The position numbers and the translations under genes are program-made. Positions 14,255 through 29,056 of a stretch of DNA of 64,000 nt are shown here, piece by piece (position 1 is the stretch's first letter; the number at the start of each line of letters is the position of its first letter). The DNA comes from Octopus sinensis (lineage: Eukaryota), in assembly GCF_006345805.1 (NCBI RefSeq), contig NC_043020.1:3472001-3536000 (forward strand). Reading direction: 5' to 3'. The notes under the pieces were generated by a model that was not told the origin of the DNA, made no database searches, and was given only the letters and a program-made list of their open reading frames with translations.

Positions 14255-15171
14255 TATATATTATATAAAATTATAATTAGGGTTTCAGCTAACTGCTTCA
14301 TCACATACCGAAATTAGAAATACAAATAAAACTTCCTTTTTAATTAATTAATTTAATAAATTTTACCCTCCCTTCCTTCTCCCATCCTCTTCTCTTCCCC
14401 CTTCTCCTCCCCCTCTTCTTCCCCTCCCCTTCTTTCCCCCTCCCCTATTCCCCACTCACCACATGACTTACACATCACATCTACAACATCACCACATATG
14501 ATGTGCCATCATACTAATACACACACCAAATAATAACTAAAATACATACTAGTACATACTAATACTTACACCAACCCTATACATACACACGTCCAGACCC
14601 CGCATACGCACTTATACTCTCTCACACACACACACATACCTATACATACCAATACGTACTAATACATACTAATACATACTAATACATACCACCCAACCCC
14701 ATACAACGCACGTCCAGAACCAATCTTACGCACTAATACTCTCTCATACACACCACACACACACACACACACACACACCCTTATACATACTAATACATAC
14801 ACCACCTATACATACAAACATCCAGACCCCTCCCACTTACTTTTAGCTGGTCACTCAAACCGTTTATCAACCCTATTATCTCCCTTATTTCGCTCTCGCG
14901 TCTCATGTTTGATCTTTGACCTCTGGCCGAAATCAGATCGCCATGTTGATTCGTTAGCTACTGCACGCTTTTTTTTCTCTCCTTCTTTCTGTGTTTTTCT
15001 CTCTCTGTGTATCTTTCTGTTGAAGAGCGTAGGCTCGAAACGTAAAGACTTGTTTTATTTATATTTCCTGAGCGCCATACTAATACAATTGTTCGTTGTT
15101 TTCCACCTGCCTCGTCTTTTGTTTATTTTCATAAAGCTTCCTATTATTAATTATATATATATATATGTATG

Positions 15172-15204
<33 letters not shown>

Positions 15205-18200
15205 ATATATATATATATATTTATTTATATATATATATATTACATATAATATTTGCAAACAAATCTGAAGGCTTTGTAAGTTATGGAGAAAGAGCAACCA
15301 TGAAAGTCTTTTATACAATAACAACAGTATAGTAACATATCATAATAATATATATACTCCAATTTAAAGCAATATTTATGTAATTAATTGACTGAAAAAT
15401 GATGAGCTAACCTGGGCCAGAATCGAACCCACAAATCAATACTTACAAAGGTATTGAATTTGTACAATCTTGGTCTTTTAAAATCCAATTTTAGGGATTT
15501 TGTGGGAGAGTTGCAAAGAAAGGGAAGAGGAGAAAAGAGGGTGATCTATGGAGGGAAAGAAAGGGAGAGAGGGCAACCTATGAAGTGAGAGAAGAGGAGA
15601 GAATGACAAATGAGAAAGTATTTTTCGCTTAATGTTTTTGGAGATATGAAAACAATATGAAGATAAAATTGACAACAATAACTGCAATCAATTATAACAA
15701 TAACAAGAAAAAAACAATAGCAGTGATAACAATATGAAAGGTAGAAGAGTCCAGTTTGCTGGACATTGTTGTAGAGCTGAAAACGAGGTAATTTCTACTC
15801 TTCTCCTCTGGAAGCCATCTACTCACAATACCAGAGGGTGCACACTCTCCTACCCTGATGTAATCTCCAGGGATACAGGCATCCAGCAACAGGACCTCCA
15901 TAATGCTATGATGGACCGTGAAGTCTGGCGTAACATAGTAAATTCCATTGTCTCAACCATGGTTGAGACAAGATGAACTAACGAGGGAATTTCTATGTGG
16001 TTGCCCACCTTTTCGAAACAACTATCAAATCTTCCTCAAATCACACCCAATGTTAGACAACGCAATCTTAGGCATTCGACGAGAGGGAATCATCAAGGCT
16101 GAAACGATCAGATCTCACCTGAATGAGGGTTGGCCTTAAGGGAGGTAACTCTAAATGTTAAGGGAAGTAAAAAAAAAAAAATTTGAGAGAAACGGATGAT
16201 AGAGATGTAGAAGAGAGAGAAAGGAGTTGAGGGAATCTGTTTCCAGGATATAACTGAACGGGGGAAAAACCGAAGTCAGCAATGACGCATAGAGCAGCAG
16301 ATAAAATGTCTTGTATTTACGGATCGTTACGTTCAAATTTCCAAGCTTACTGCTACTTTATTTGATAAAATAAAGTAGCAGTTAAGATGCTGGCGTTGAT
16401 CAAAGCAACTCCTCTCTCTCTTTCTTCCCCCCCCCTATCTCTCTCTCGTTCGTTCGTTAAATAAAACCCCTCGTCTTTGTTTTGGGTCTTTACATTCATA
16501 ATTTAGGGGCTAATGCAGATCTGCATTAGCTCCAAATTCAAATCCCACTGAGATTAAATTTGCTTTTTACTTTTGATAAAATAAAATATCTGTTAAATAC
16601 TGACATCAATTAAAACAATTATTTCACTTCTTTCCCCCAAATTTGTGGCCTTGGGAATATCTAAATGCTAATTATTCACATTTGTGGCAAATTGAATCAA
16701 TGTCCAGAGATACTCAGTTGTCTCCCTTGACATGTTATTCTTGCAATGATTGTATTTATTTCGTTGTCCTTCTGGGGACAATGAAATAAATACTAGTTGT
16801 TGTTGTTGTTGCCTCTGTTTTGTCGCAGTTAAACCTTATTGAGCTGATCTTTGATGAAAGGCATACTGGTGCATGGCGACAGGGTTTCACCTAAGCTAGA
16901 TTTAACTGCTGTTTCTTGCAGGTGCAGCAGCTACACAAGAACTGCTCACCAGTCCTCAGTCAAACCGTCCAACCCATGCCAGCATGGAAAGCGGACGTTA
17001 AACGACGACGACGATAATGATATATGCCAGTGTTGTCTGCCTGGATTAGAGCTGACCTGAAGCTACCCCCCCCCTCTTCCTCATCATTATTGTTATTCTC
17101 TGCTTTTCCATACTGTCATTGGTTGGATGTGTCATCACACTCAGAATCAATTATTATTTGTAATTACTATACTCCTAAATGAATCTCACTAGTATATTCC
17201 ATTTTGGGTACATTCTCTGTGTATGGTACCTCCCCTATCACATCCTAGTTAGGTGTATTTTATTGTTGCACGAGCATTAGAGAGTTTGTCATGTCTCCAG
17301 CAAGACTAAAGAGTCATCTCTGTGATCATTAAACCATTTACATCATGGGCATCTAGATAGCTACTTTACTTTACAACAGTTACAAATTATAAATATCTCT
17401 TTTGTAGAAATATTATTCCAGTCATTGTATTATCATAATTTTTCCATGGTGACACATTTGGATACGTCTCACAGGCTCTCACCACTTGTTACAGTTCTCC
17501 ATGATTAAACAACGAAGAAAATTTCCAAAAGTTGATATTGTGTCTATCATAGTCCATGCTGTAAATTATTTGGTGATGGAAAAAAAAAAAAACCCGAGTG
17601 CATTTTATTTTACCAGCACCATTGTCTGTGACAGGACTAAAAGGTTCCCTCTACTTTCTCTGCCTCTGGCTGTGTGGTTAGGGAGCTTGCTTCCTAGCTA
17701 CATGGTTTCGGGTTCAGTCCCACTGCGTGGCACTTTGGGTAGGTGTCTTCCACTATAGCCTCAAGCCGACCGGAGCTTTGTGATTGAATTCGGTAGGTGG
17801 AAGTTACTGCCGTGTGTGTATGTGTGCGTATAGCTGCTCAGTGCCTCTCTGAAAGAGAGAGAGAGGGAATGCACTTCCAAAATTGATAGTCTTCACAAAA
17901 AGCTCTGTATATTAAAATGTGTTTTGTGCCATTTATTTTGGCTTTTCTTTCATTATCATCCTCATCATCAACATTTAATGCCCATTTTCTATGCTGGCAC
18001 ATGTTAGATGGCCACTAAGTTCCATAGCCTGTTTTTGCTTGGTTTCTATGGCTAAATACTTCGATAATTGATGTGAAGCTGAAATCCAGTGTTACAGTAT
18101 CTCTGCAGTTTATCATGTAGGAAGAACATGTAGCATTCTGTCTTCCGTCTCGTCTGTTCCTGTCCGTGTCAGTCTGTTATGGTTCAGTGCCAAGGTGGCT

Positions 18201-21200
18201 TTCATAAGACAGACTTATGGTCAAAGCTTTTCAAGTTGCAACTTGAAAAGCTTATTTATTTCTTAATCTTAATCTTTTTAAGACTTACATTATCCAGTTT
18301 ATTTCTTTGACTTTTAAGACTAAATAGAATCTCATTTTAGGGAGATTTGATGAATCTTTTCTGTTTAGCTTCACTTTTTGAAACTTTAGAATTGAGTAAA
18401 AATTTTCAAATTTGGTATATCTTGTTATTCACAAGTTTCAGAAAATATTTGATAGTTTTTACCCACAACTAATCATAGCAATTTAAGAGGGATCCTCTCT
18501 TTTTCTCTCTTGCCATTCTAGAAATAGCAGCCAAAACCTACTGTATCCTAAATTGTATCCTACTGTCTGAGAAATACAGAACATGTTGAATAAATTCTAG
18601 ATATATAAATTCTGAATAAAGGATGGGAAGGTCATGGCTAGAATACCTTGGATTATATGGTTGCTTGATCAATGCTAACACGGGAGCATTAATGGGATTG
18701 TTGTTTAACACCAGGTCAGCCCTGGTTGAGCAGACTTATAATTTGAGATGTCCAACCTGTGATCGTTCCAATTTATTTTTTCAGATATATCTGGAACTAT
18801 AGTTTATGATATACCCTTCTTTATTTAAGATTTTATTTGTGCACCCTTTTCAAGCCTAGCTAGGCTCATGGGCCCAGTTTCCCAGTTTCTATGGTGTATG
18901 TGTTCCCCCTAGCTGGACGGGATGCCAGTCCATCGCAGCATTACTTGAGAAACAGGAAGAAAAAGTGAAAGTTGGGGCAAAAGGGGTCACCACCACCCCT
19001 GGCGGAGCCTCATGGAGCTTTTAGGTGTTTTCGCTCAATAAACATACACAACACCCGGTCTGGGAATTGAAACTGTGATCCTCCAACTGTGAGTCCGCTG
19101 CCCTAACCACTGGGCCATTGCGCCTCCACTTTTTAGTTAAGATAGTAAAGTATAATTTGAAGATTTGGTACTTATGTCTAGTAAGTTGAATGAGCAGGTA
19201 GAGAGTCCCTGTTTGTCTTGGTGGGCACACATGACTACATTATCCAGTATATATTTTTTAAGATGGTACTGTGTGATCTGAGGGAGGTTTGGCTACTGTT
19301 TCTAGCAGGTTGAGTGACCACCAAGAGGTTCCCCATGGGCTGCAGAGGGGGCAGCTTTGCTGTGATTTGATCTGAGGGGACAAAGGTCAACAGAAGTTTG
19401 AGAACAGTAAGGTTCCTTATTTATTGAATAGGTCTTCAAAGTTCAGCCTTTGAGACAACAACATAGAGGGGCCAGTGTCAGTAAAGTAGATGGGGATTCA
19501 GAGAAAAAAGGGAGAAAGATCAACAAATATCTCTTCCCCACCCCCACCAACAAGAATAAATATAAATAAATCCCTAAACTGTTAGGAGAACCCTTATTAT
19601 GAAATGTTCTAAGGTCTCTCTCTCCCTCTCTCTCTCTTCAGGGAGTGTTTAAAAAGAAAAAGGTTAAATGTCACCATTATCATCCCCATCCTTGTAGCCC
19701 TCCTCCTCCTCCTACTCACCATCATCATCATCATCATCATCATCATTACCAACAACAACAGCAGCAGCACCCTTGAAGTCTTTGGAATCCTCAATCATTA
19801 TCATCATCATCATCATTATCAACATTATCACCACCACTGATGCTGTTATCATTTGCTTCCACCATCATTGAAACACACACACACACACACACATTGTGTG
19901 TGTGGATGTGCATGTGTAAGATATATATATATATACATACATGTATGCATACATACATATGTACACACACACACACATATACATACTTTTCTCTTATTTT
20001 TATATATAGCGACATAATTGATATTGGAAGGTGAACACTTATGTGCAAAGGTCAGATGGAAGAGAATGGAGACAAGTCAGGGTTTAATGAAGTAAATTGG
20101 CAGAATCGGTGGAGTCTGGATTGACTCTCTCCTTCCTGAGTTCAAATCCTGCTGACGTCAACTTTGGCTTTCATCCTTTTTGTTGTGGGGTCGATAAGGA
20201 AATATTCCAATTCAAGATGGTAGTTTAACAGAACTGTGTTAGAGGGTTAGTCTCATATCTATATCTTCTACCTTTTACTTGTTTCAGTAATTAGGCTGTG
20301 GCCATGCTGGGGCACTGCCTTGAAGAATTTTTAGTTGAATGAATGGATCCCAGTGCTTATATTTTTTTAAAGCCTATATTCTATCAATCTCTTTTTCTGA
20401 ACTTCTAAGTTACCAGCATGTAAGCACACCAGCACTGGTTGTCAAGCATTAGTAGGGGTCAAACACAAAGACACACACACACACACATCTGCATGCGACG
20501 GGTTTCTTTCAGTTTCCGTCTATCTAATCCACTCACAAAGCATTGGTCTATCTGAGGCTACAGTAGAGGACACTTGCCCAAGGTGCCATGCAATGGGACT
20601 GAACCCTGAACCATGTGGTTGGGAAACAAGCTTCTTACCCACACAACCACGCCTGCACCTATATAAAAAAAAAAAAAGGTGAAATGGTGTCTAGATCAAT
20701 CAAGTCATTAAACAACAACCACAAGAATTTTCTTCCAAGAAAATAGATTTACTCAAAGTGAAACGATTCTTGTCTCCTAATAGAATGAAATGTTATTAAA
20801 ACTTTAAAACTTTATTAAACGTGTTGTCATGTTACCCATTTGAGTAATAATGTTGGGAGAATACTTTTGTCTCTGTGGAAAAGATCAGAGTTCTATTTAT
20901 GTAGGTACAATAATAATCTTAGTATTTTCAGATTTCACAGTGTTTATACAAAATAAATGAAATTTTCAGAATTGCATTATTAAATTAAAATTAAATTCAC
21001 CAGTGGCATGTGTAAAAGATTCGAGCGAGGTCGTTGCCAGTACCTCTTGACTGGCCCCATGCCGGTGGCATGTAAAAGCACCCACTACACTCTCAGAGTG
21101 GTTGGCATTAGGAAGGGCATCCAGCTGTGGAAACTCTGCCAGATCAAGATTGGAGCCTGGTGCAGCCATCTGGTTTGCCAGACCTCAGTCACATCGTCCA

Positions 21201-24200
21201 ACCCATACTAGCATGGAAAGCGGATGTTAAACGATGATGATGATGAAACAAAATCTTTATTTGTATATTTGTTATAAAAATATGTTCCTCTCTTCCATGG
21301 TTGTTTAACTCCTGATACAGTTGTAGAAGTACCGTGATATATGGCAGATTTCGGGTATTTTAAACAGAATGTAAAAGACAGAGAGAGAGAGAGAGAGAGA
21401 GACCAAAATGTTGTCTTTCAGTGTTCTTGTTTTTGCAATTAATGGGTTTATGTCAGACAACTCTCGTCGTCAGTCACGTGTAGGTCAGATCAGATCTGGC
21501 TATCAGCTGAGTCTATAGTAAAATAGATTTGCCACCTTCCTTCAGTTAGAGAAGGGCAGTAAGTTTACCTGGTGATGGAGACGAATGATGCATGATGGAC
21601 ACGTTTGAAAGGTTTGAAGACTGGTTTTCTGTTTTCTATCTGGCCAAGCTCTCATCAGTTGCTTTCAATAGAAACTTGTTACTAGTTCAAACATGCTTGA
21701 AGCATATTTGAACCCATAACAAAGCTATTCACTGTGTTTCATCATGAGCTGCTGAACAGTGCAACCAGACATTGAATGATGATGGAACTATCATAAGAGA
21801 GATTATGTCTTTTGTGTTGGCTTACAGCATCTCCCTGTTCCAGTTCCTCTGGCTGAAGTGGAGACAACCACTCCAAAATGCTTGCATCCCACATGCTAGT
21901 CAGGTGACACCGAATTGGTTCAGTGTCCTTACTCTTGTTTGTCTGCAGTGAAAAATTTTCTCCATCACAAAATACAGTGAATGGCTTCCTTACAGGTTCA
22001 AAGGCATCTCAAACATATTTCAACTCACATCATCATCGTTTAACGTCCGCTTTCCATGCTAGCATGGGTTGGACGGTTTGACTGAGGGCTGGCGAACTAG
22101 ATGGTTGCACCAGGCGCAAGTCTTGATCTGGCAGAGTTTCTAATGCCAACCACTGGCAACGACCTCGCTTGAATCTTTTTACACATGCCAACGGCACAGG
22201 TGCCAGTAAGGTGATGCTGGTAATGTGGGGTTTTTGTCCTGAAATATTCTAAGTGTCCCCCCCCTCCCGGATTGAGGAATTTTTCTTCTTGAAATTCTAT
22301 ATCTTCTGTCTTTGTTCACTTCCAGTTAAACAATGTAAACACCACCTTTTGTGTGTTGCATTTTGTCCTTGAATTGTCCTCCCTGTCTTTGGCCTTGTAA
22401 GCAATGAAAGATATTATCATCATCATCATCATCGTTATTATTATATTTATGCCATGACAAATATGTTCGGCTGCTTTTTTTTTAATTTTACAAAACTGGA
22501 ATGTGAAAGATGTGTATTTAGTTAGAGCTGGCCTCTATACAAACATACCTGTATTTATCTCGGCTTACTTATATTTTTTGTTTTATTGTTGACCCTTTTT
22601 CTTCTTCCGTCTGTCTCTCTCACACCTTTGCAATTTTTTCTCTCTGTTTCATTTATTTGAATGTTTTTGTTTTTTTTTCAACCTGCATTTTTATTTCTTT
22701 TGGTTAAATCATTTCATTTACTCATTGCAATGTGTGCTTCCATACTTAACCTGTTGGGGATACTTATTCTTAACCCATCCAGCCATACTTAATCTTCTGT
22801 GCACCCTTTGTCATTTTTCTTATCAGCACAGGTAAACCAACTTTACAATTTAGTATTACCAACTTGGTTTTCTTGTGACGTCCGTGGCACACTCTGCTTG
22901 CGTGTGTGAGTGAGTGTTCTCTCACCCTGTTATGGAAAAGCTAACTAATATAAATTTCAGTTTAGCTGATGTATATGGGTATCCTTGGCTTCTGAGGTCA
23001 TGGAAACTCTGCTATGAGTGTTTTGAGCTCTCATTGACCCATAAGATCTCATTGATGCCCAAGAATTGGATATTGATTAAATGATTTGTAAAACCTGTGA
23101 GGTAGACTGAGGGGAGGGGACAAGTGGAAGAGGAGATTGGGAGGATTGGCTTGAGAAGGGAGGACACCCAAAACTGGGCAAGACGGTGTGAGGGCAGTTG
23201 CTATGTCATTGAGGTAGATCTGGTCACCCTCGTTAATGGGGTCAAAACCCAGATTCAAAAAAAAAATGAGGAAAAGAGAAGAAATACACACTCACGCATG
23301 TGTGTGTATGTGGTTCTCTCCCACCACCTCTTGACAACCAGTGTTGGTATGTTTATGTCCTGTAACTTAGTGGTTCAGCAAAAGAAACTGATAGAACAAG
23401 TACCAGGCTTAACAGAAATAAAAAAAAAAGTACTGGGGTCTAATTACTGAAACAGTTAGAAGGGAACCAGTAATCTAATTCTGGTGGAATCATAAACTTC
23501 ACCATCTGAAAAGTATTTGTAGAAAATTTCATTAATAAACATCCATTTGTCTGGAAGTTATGAGGAAACAAATTCCGTGGGGAACCCCTGCGTGCCGCAA
23601 CAACAATAACATCATCAACAACATCAATAACAATTACTACAGTAATAGCAACACTATCAACAATCAGCAACTACATTAATACACGACAATAACAACAGCA
23701 ACAATAACAACATTATTAGACCAACCACATCACTGACAACAACACTAAGCCCCCCCCCCCAGATCTCTATCTTGTCAACAACAACAAAAACTACAACAAT
23801 ATTTATTACCGTAACTACTATAAAGTTTTATTAGTTCTTATACCAAACATGTAACTAATGCAGATATTTGTTCCATACACATGGATGCTAAACACACCCT
23901 AATACATATACAGCTACCGTTACAGACACGCAGACATCCAACCACCTTAACACACACACACGCGCACACCCTTATATGTATTTGAACACACCCTAACACA
24001 CATCACACACCTATTAACATTTGCTTAGCCACAAGCCGGCTGTTGTTTATTTTCATGGTGAGACAAGACAGACATCACAGGGAGTGGTGATGTATATGTC
24101 ATATTGTCTTCACTCACACACACACACATACACATATATAATAATGATCTCTCTCTTTCTCACTGGCATTCACCTTCATAAACATACAGACTCGCATACC

Positions 24201-27200
24201 ATGACACTCTTATAGACACACACACACACACTCATTGTTACAAACACACATCTCCCAGCTGGATATTATTTTGTTGATTTGTTACTAGCAAGAAGGAATA
24301 AAAACCATTCAGCTCAACAACATCCAAGTACCACCTGTCTGCTTTGCTGTTATATAAAAATAATACACACACACAAACACACACACATATATATACTGTG
24401 TTAGTTTTAACTTTAACATAGTAAATTCGAAATACTGGACAGATATATACCTGGATATACTAACGGATAAGGACAACCAGGGGAGCAAGAAAAGGCTTTA
24501 AAGAAATAGTAGTTTGAGGGATAGAGAGAAAGAATGGATAAAAAGAGGAAAAGACGACATGGGAAACTTCTTCGGATGTTTAAAACAGCATTACTTACAA
24601 AGTGTATTTGTGAACAAGGTAAGTAAAAGATAGGGATTTTTATAAGGCCCTTAACCCTTTGCCTGTCCAAAGTTTGTCCTAAATGTCCATGTTTGTTTTC
24701 AGGTTTTTAGTTAACCCTTGTCTCATATGTTTTGAGTGATGTAAATGTTTTCCAAGTTCCAAGATACTCTGGCAGATGATAACGAATAATGTCTATCATA
24801 TATGATGCTTGAACATCAGGGAAATGTGTCACATCTGATAGACAGGGCAGGCTAACGATTCATAATTAGTAATGTTATATCATTGCTCATTAATTCCAGG
24901 TGAGATCTCTTGAAGCAGGGCTTTTCAACAACAATCTTTCCATTTGTAGTCTTTCCAATTATTTTCCCTTTGACCTGTTGTTGCTCCAGCTCAGGCGTTT
25001 TTGAGAAGCCTTTTGATCTAAGACTATTCTAACCAATATGATTCCACTTTTTGTGTTTGCTAAAGATGATATTTAGCCCCAGGTCAGCTCCAAGTAAACC
25101 TATAATCTTTTGCTTGTTTCAGTCATTTGGCTGCGGCCATGCTGGAGCACCGCCTTTAGTCGAGCAAATCGACCCCGGGACTTAATCTTTGTAAGCCCAT
25201 TACTTATTCTATCGGTCTCTTTTGCTGAACCGCTAAGTGATCAAAGATTATGCCGGTTGTGATCCTTGCATCTCTTTTCCTTCTTCGTTATATTTTGTCC
25301 TGGGCAACATCATCCAAGGTGTTTGCCTGCTCCTTAAGACTGAAGAATGTGAGTCTGAGGAAGATTTAGCTGCAGTTTCTTGCATTTCATTTGCTGAATG
25401 TATAATGTGTGTTTGTTTTTGTTTAAAACAAAACTGGAGAGTTTCTTTGTAAAGTATTTACTTCTGTCATTTTATACGTATTGCATAAAAGACCTTAAAG
25501 CCTGAGAAGCAAATTACATCATCTTGTTATGTTCATTGGTATTATAATTCTGTCTGATGTCCACTAAATGTCTTACATGTTATTTACATTTCTTAGGCAA
25601 TCTCTGAAGGTTTGATAATGTAATCTATTTTAAAAAGGTTCTTCATTATATTTTTGTTTAAGAAAAACATGTTAGATATCACATAATTGGATAATTTAAG
25701 AACCAACTCTCCAGTTTTGTATTTTTTCTGTGATTTATGGAAATCAATGAAAGGAAACTCGGACTTTAATACACAAATTCTCTTCACCTTTCTTGAAGTA
25801 AGGATGCACACGGAGTTCTAAATACTGGTTATATGTGATGCAATTTAAGTTGCACTATATAGACACAGGTGTTCATTGTATGGCAAGAAGCTTACTTCCC
25901 AACCACATGATTCTGTGTTCAAACCCACTGCATGGCACCTTGGGCATCTTCTCCTATGGGGTGTGAAAGTGGGTGGGTGGGTAGCAAAAATGCAAGAAAA
26001 AATTGAAATATTTTGAAAAAAAAAGTTTTTCAGAATCCTAATTTCTGTTGTATGGAAAAGAGGAATACTGTCTTGGAATCAATGTAAGAAATTGTCATTA
26101 AAATGATTCTTTATAAATTGGGTTTAAATTACATATCAACTCTCTATCATTCTAGCATCAGTAAAGCACCAATCAGGTACTAGAGTTAATCTTCATCAGT
26201 TAACACCTTTCCTAAATTTGGGTTTCTATAGCTGGATGCTCTTCTTGACACCGGTCCCTTTACAGTTTGTGCTGGGGACATTTCCCATGCCACCAGCACG
26301 AGTGAAATCCTCAAGTACCTTGCATGACAAGAAAAGAAATTATGCACATGACTGTGATATGTTCCTGATGTTCACATCAAGTTAAAATCTGTCTCAGATG
26401 TTTAGGCTCCTAAGGTCAGAGTTTATCCTGGTTTCTGTTATGTTTAACCCCTTAAGCATTTTAACCAGCCATATCTGAACAAAATATTCTATTCGGTTTA
26501 TGTTCAAACTGGTCAGATGTGATCTCTTACACCAACTTTACAATCATCATCATCATCATCGTTTAGCATCCGCTTTCCATGCTAGCATGGGTTGTGGCCG
26601 TTGCCAGCCTCGCCTGCCTCCGTACTGGTGGCACGTAAAAAGCACCATCCAATCGTGGCCGTTTGCCAGCCTCGTCTGGCACCTGTGCCGGTGGCATGTA
26701 AAAAGCACCATCCGATTGTGGCTGTTGCCAGCCTCTCCTGGCACCTGTGCCGGTGGCATGTAAAAAGCACCCACTACACTCTCGGAGTGGTTGGCGTTAG
26801 GAAGGGCATCCAGCCGTAGAAATATTGCCAGATCAGACTGGGCCTGGTGCAGCCTTCTGGCTTCCCAGACCCCAGTTGAACCGTCCAACATTGCAATATC
26901 ATTCTAAAAACTCACCTCATCAAAATCTCAAAGCTACAAGATAATGGATGATTAATTCAAAACAATTGTGAATAAATAAGCATTACAATTTGACAAAGAA
27001 ATGTGAACGTTAAAGGATTAAGTGGCTGAAATTTCAAAACTCTCCTTCTACATAATCCCACTCTCTCATAAGGTAAATCTCCAGCTGTTGCAGGTATTCA
27101 TATGGAGATGAATGAAGGTACTCATATGGAAGTAAACAGACCAAGCAACACAGCAACTAATTTCATGTCCATAGCCTTGTGTTCTCCATAAAGTCTTGTA

Positions 27201-28992
27201 GATTATCTTCCTCACAATTTGCTGACCACAGCAGTTTTCATCTTTGTTGATTCGTAATCTACATTATTGGTCAGTTATTGTGCTGATGTACTTAAAAAGG
27301 AGTCTCAGTGGGGATTGGAAGTTAGCAGGAAAAAGCTCATATTTAAGAGAAAAGGGATTGTATTGTAATTAGTAAACTGGTCACCAGATAAGTGGCAGAT
27401 ACATAGTTTCAAATCCTGTCTGTCTTCCTTTTTTTTGTCTAAAATTAGAAAATATGACGTCATTAGAATCTTTGCAGTTCATTCACGATCGGATTTATGA
27501 AGTTACTGTTTTGTTCATCAGACGAAGCTGTAACACCTTTTATTATTGTTGGGCATGTGACTGTGGCCATGCTGGAGCATCGCCTTTAGTCAAGCAAATC
27601 TATCCCAGGACTTATTCTTTGTAAGCCTAGTACTTATTCTATCGGTCTCTTTTGCCAAACCACAAAGTTATGGGGATGTAAACACACCAGCATTGGTTAT
27701 GAATCAATGGCAGGGGGACAAACACAGACACACAAACATACACGCACACATACATATATACATACATATATACGACGGGCTTCTTTTAGTTTCCATCAAC
27801 CAAATCCACTCACAAGGCTTTGGTCCACCTGAGGCTGTAGTAGAAGACACTTGCCTAAGGTGCCACGCAGTGGGACTGAACCCGGAACCATGTGGTTGGT
27901 AACAAAGCTACTTACCACATGGCCACTCCTGCGCCTATTATTATTATTCACACTCTTGAAAGATTGTTTAGAAAACAACAATATAGAATTGAAACTAAAA
28001 CATCATTTATTTAATTAGAGAATATCTTTTAATAAATGCTGATGTAAGCATCTTTTGTGGATGGGTGTGAACAGGTATTTTTCATTCAGCATGTTATTAG
28101 CATTTGTGCTAATTTGCATACAACCAGGAAATATTAGCCTAGAGTAGGTGGTATGTTGGTGGTAGGATGGTTATTGTGTGTAAAGAAAGGAAAGTAGGTG
28201 CGCTTGTTAGCACAGGTTTCCATTCATAACATCGGTCGTGTACTTAAAACACTCCTCACTTATTGGAAATTTCCTCAGTCACTGCATACGCATTAATTAA
28301 TGACGATTTGAACCAATTTAATTTAAATTATGATAATGTATGTATTACACATGCACACACATACAGTCTCTCTCTCTCTCTCTCTCTTTCCCTGTGTGTA
28401 TGTACACACACACACACACACACACACATAAAGTCAATGACTGAATATTTATTTGTCAGTCACTTTTGTGGTTGTCCTTGCCAGCTGCTCTCCTTTCCAC
28501 ACCTCTTGCTATTTCTATGGTAAATAAATCTAAGTCAGTCGACACATGTTACTTTAAGGTGATATCATACAAATGTATTGACTAATATCAGAGTTGATGT
28601 AAACCCATTGATTGTCTGAGTTCGTTAAACTTACCTAAGCCCAATCCCTCCAGAAGAAATTAGGTGTGTTCAGATGAGTTGAGGGATGAGGACCACCAGC
28701 CACAAAATGCCTAAAACATTGCATTCTTTCATGGCAGCACCCTCAAGACTATATAATATATGAATATCTATTGTTTAGAGTATCCATGTTAATGGAGTTG
28801 GGACAGGCTGGTTTGTACTGGCATCAGGTCGTGTAAATTATAAAAATGAAGTCAAACCAATTATTGATATTTTGAAATCCTTTAATATGTTGCATAATGG
28901 ATGTATTTCCTGTTGTATATTATGCAAATACTTTCAAAATATTATTTGATTCCACTTCACTATAAATCATATATTCTTATGAATAAAGAATA

Positions 28993-29056
<64 letters not shown>

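Noticed and set aside
14276-14309. Hammerhead-like GUGAUGA-AGC..GCU-GAAAC on the minus strand at the left end of the 14275-15152 element
   Set aside because: C3 is changed and helices I and III cannot be completed. It may be a copy truncated at the cleavage site, but that is not supportable alone.
21615-21665. Minus-strand CTGATGA...GAAAAC-CA-GTC
   Set aside because: Extra A in the GAAA run; helices I and II are unconvincing.
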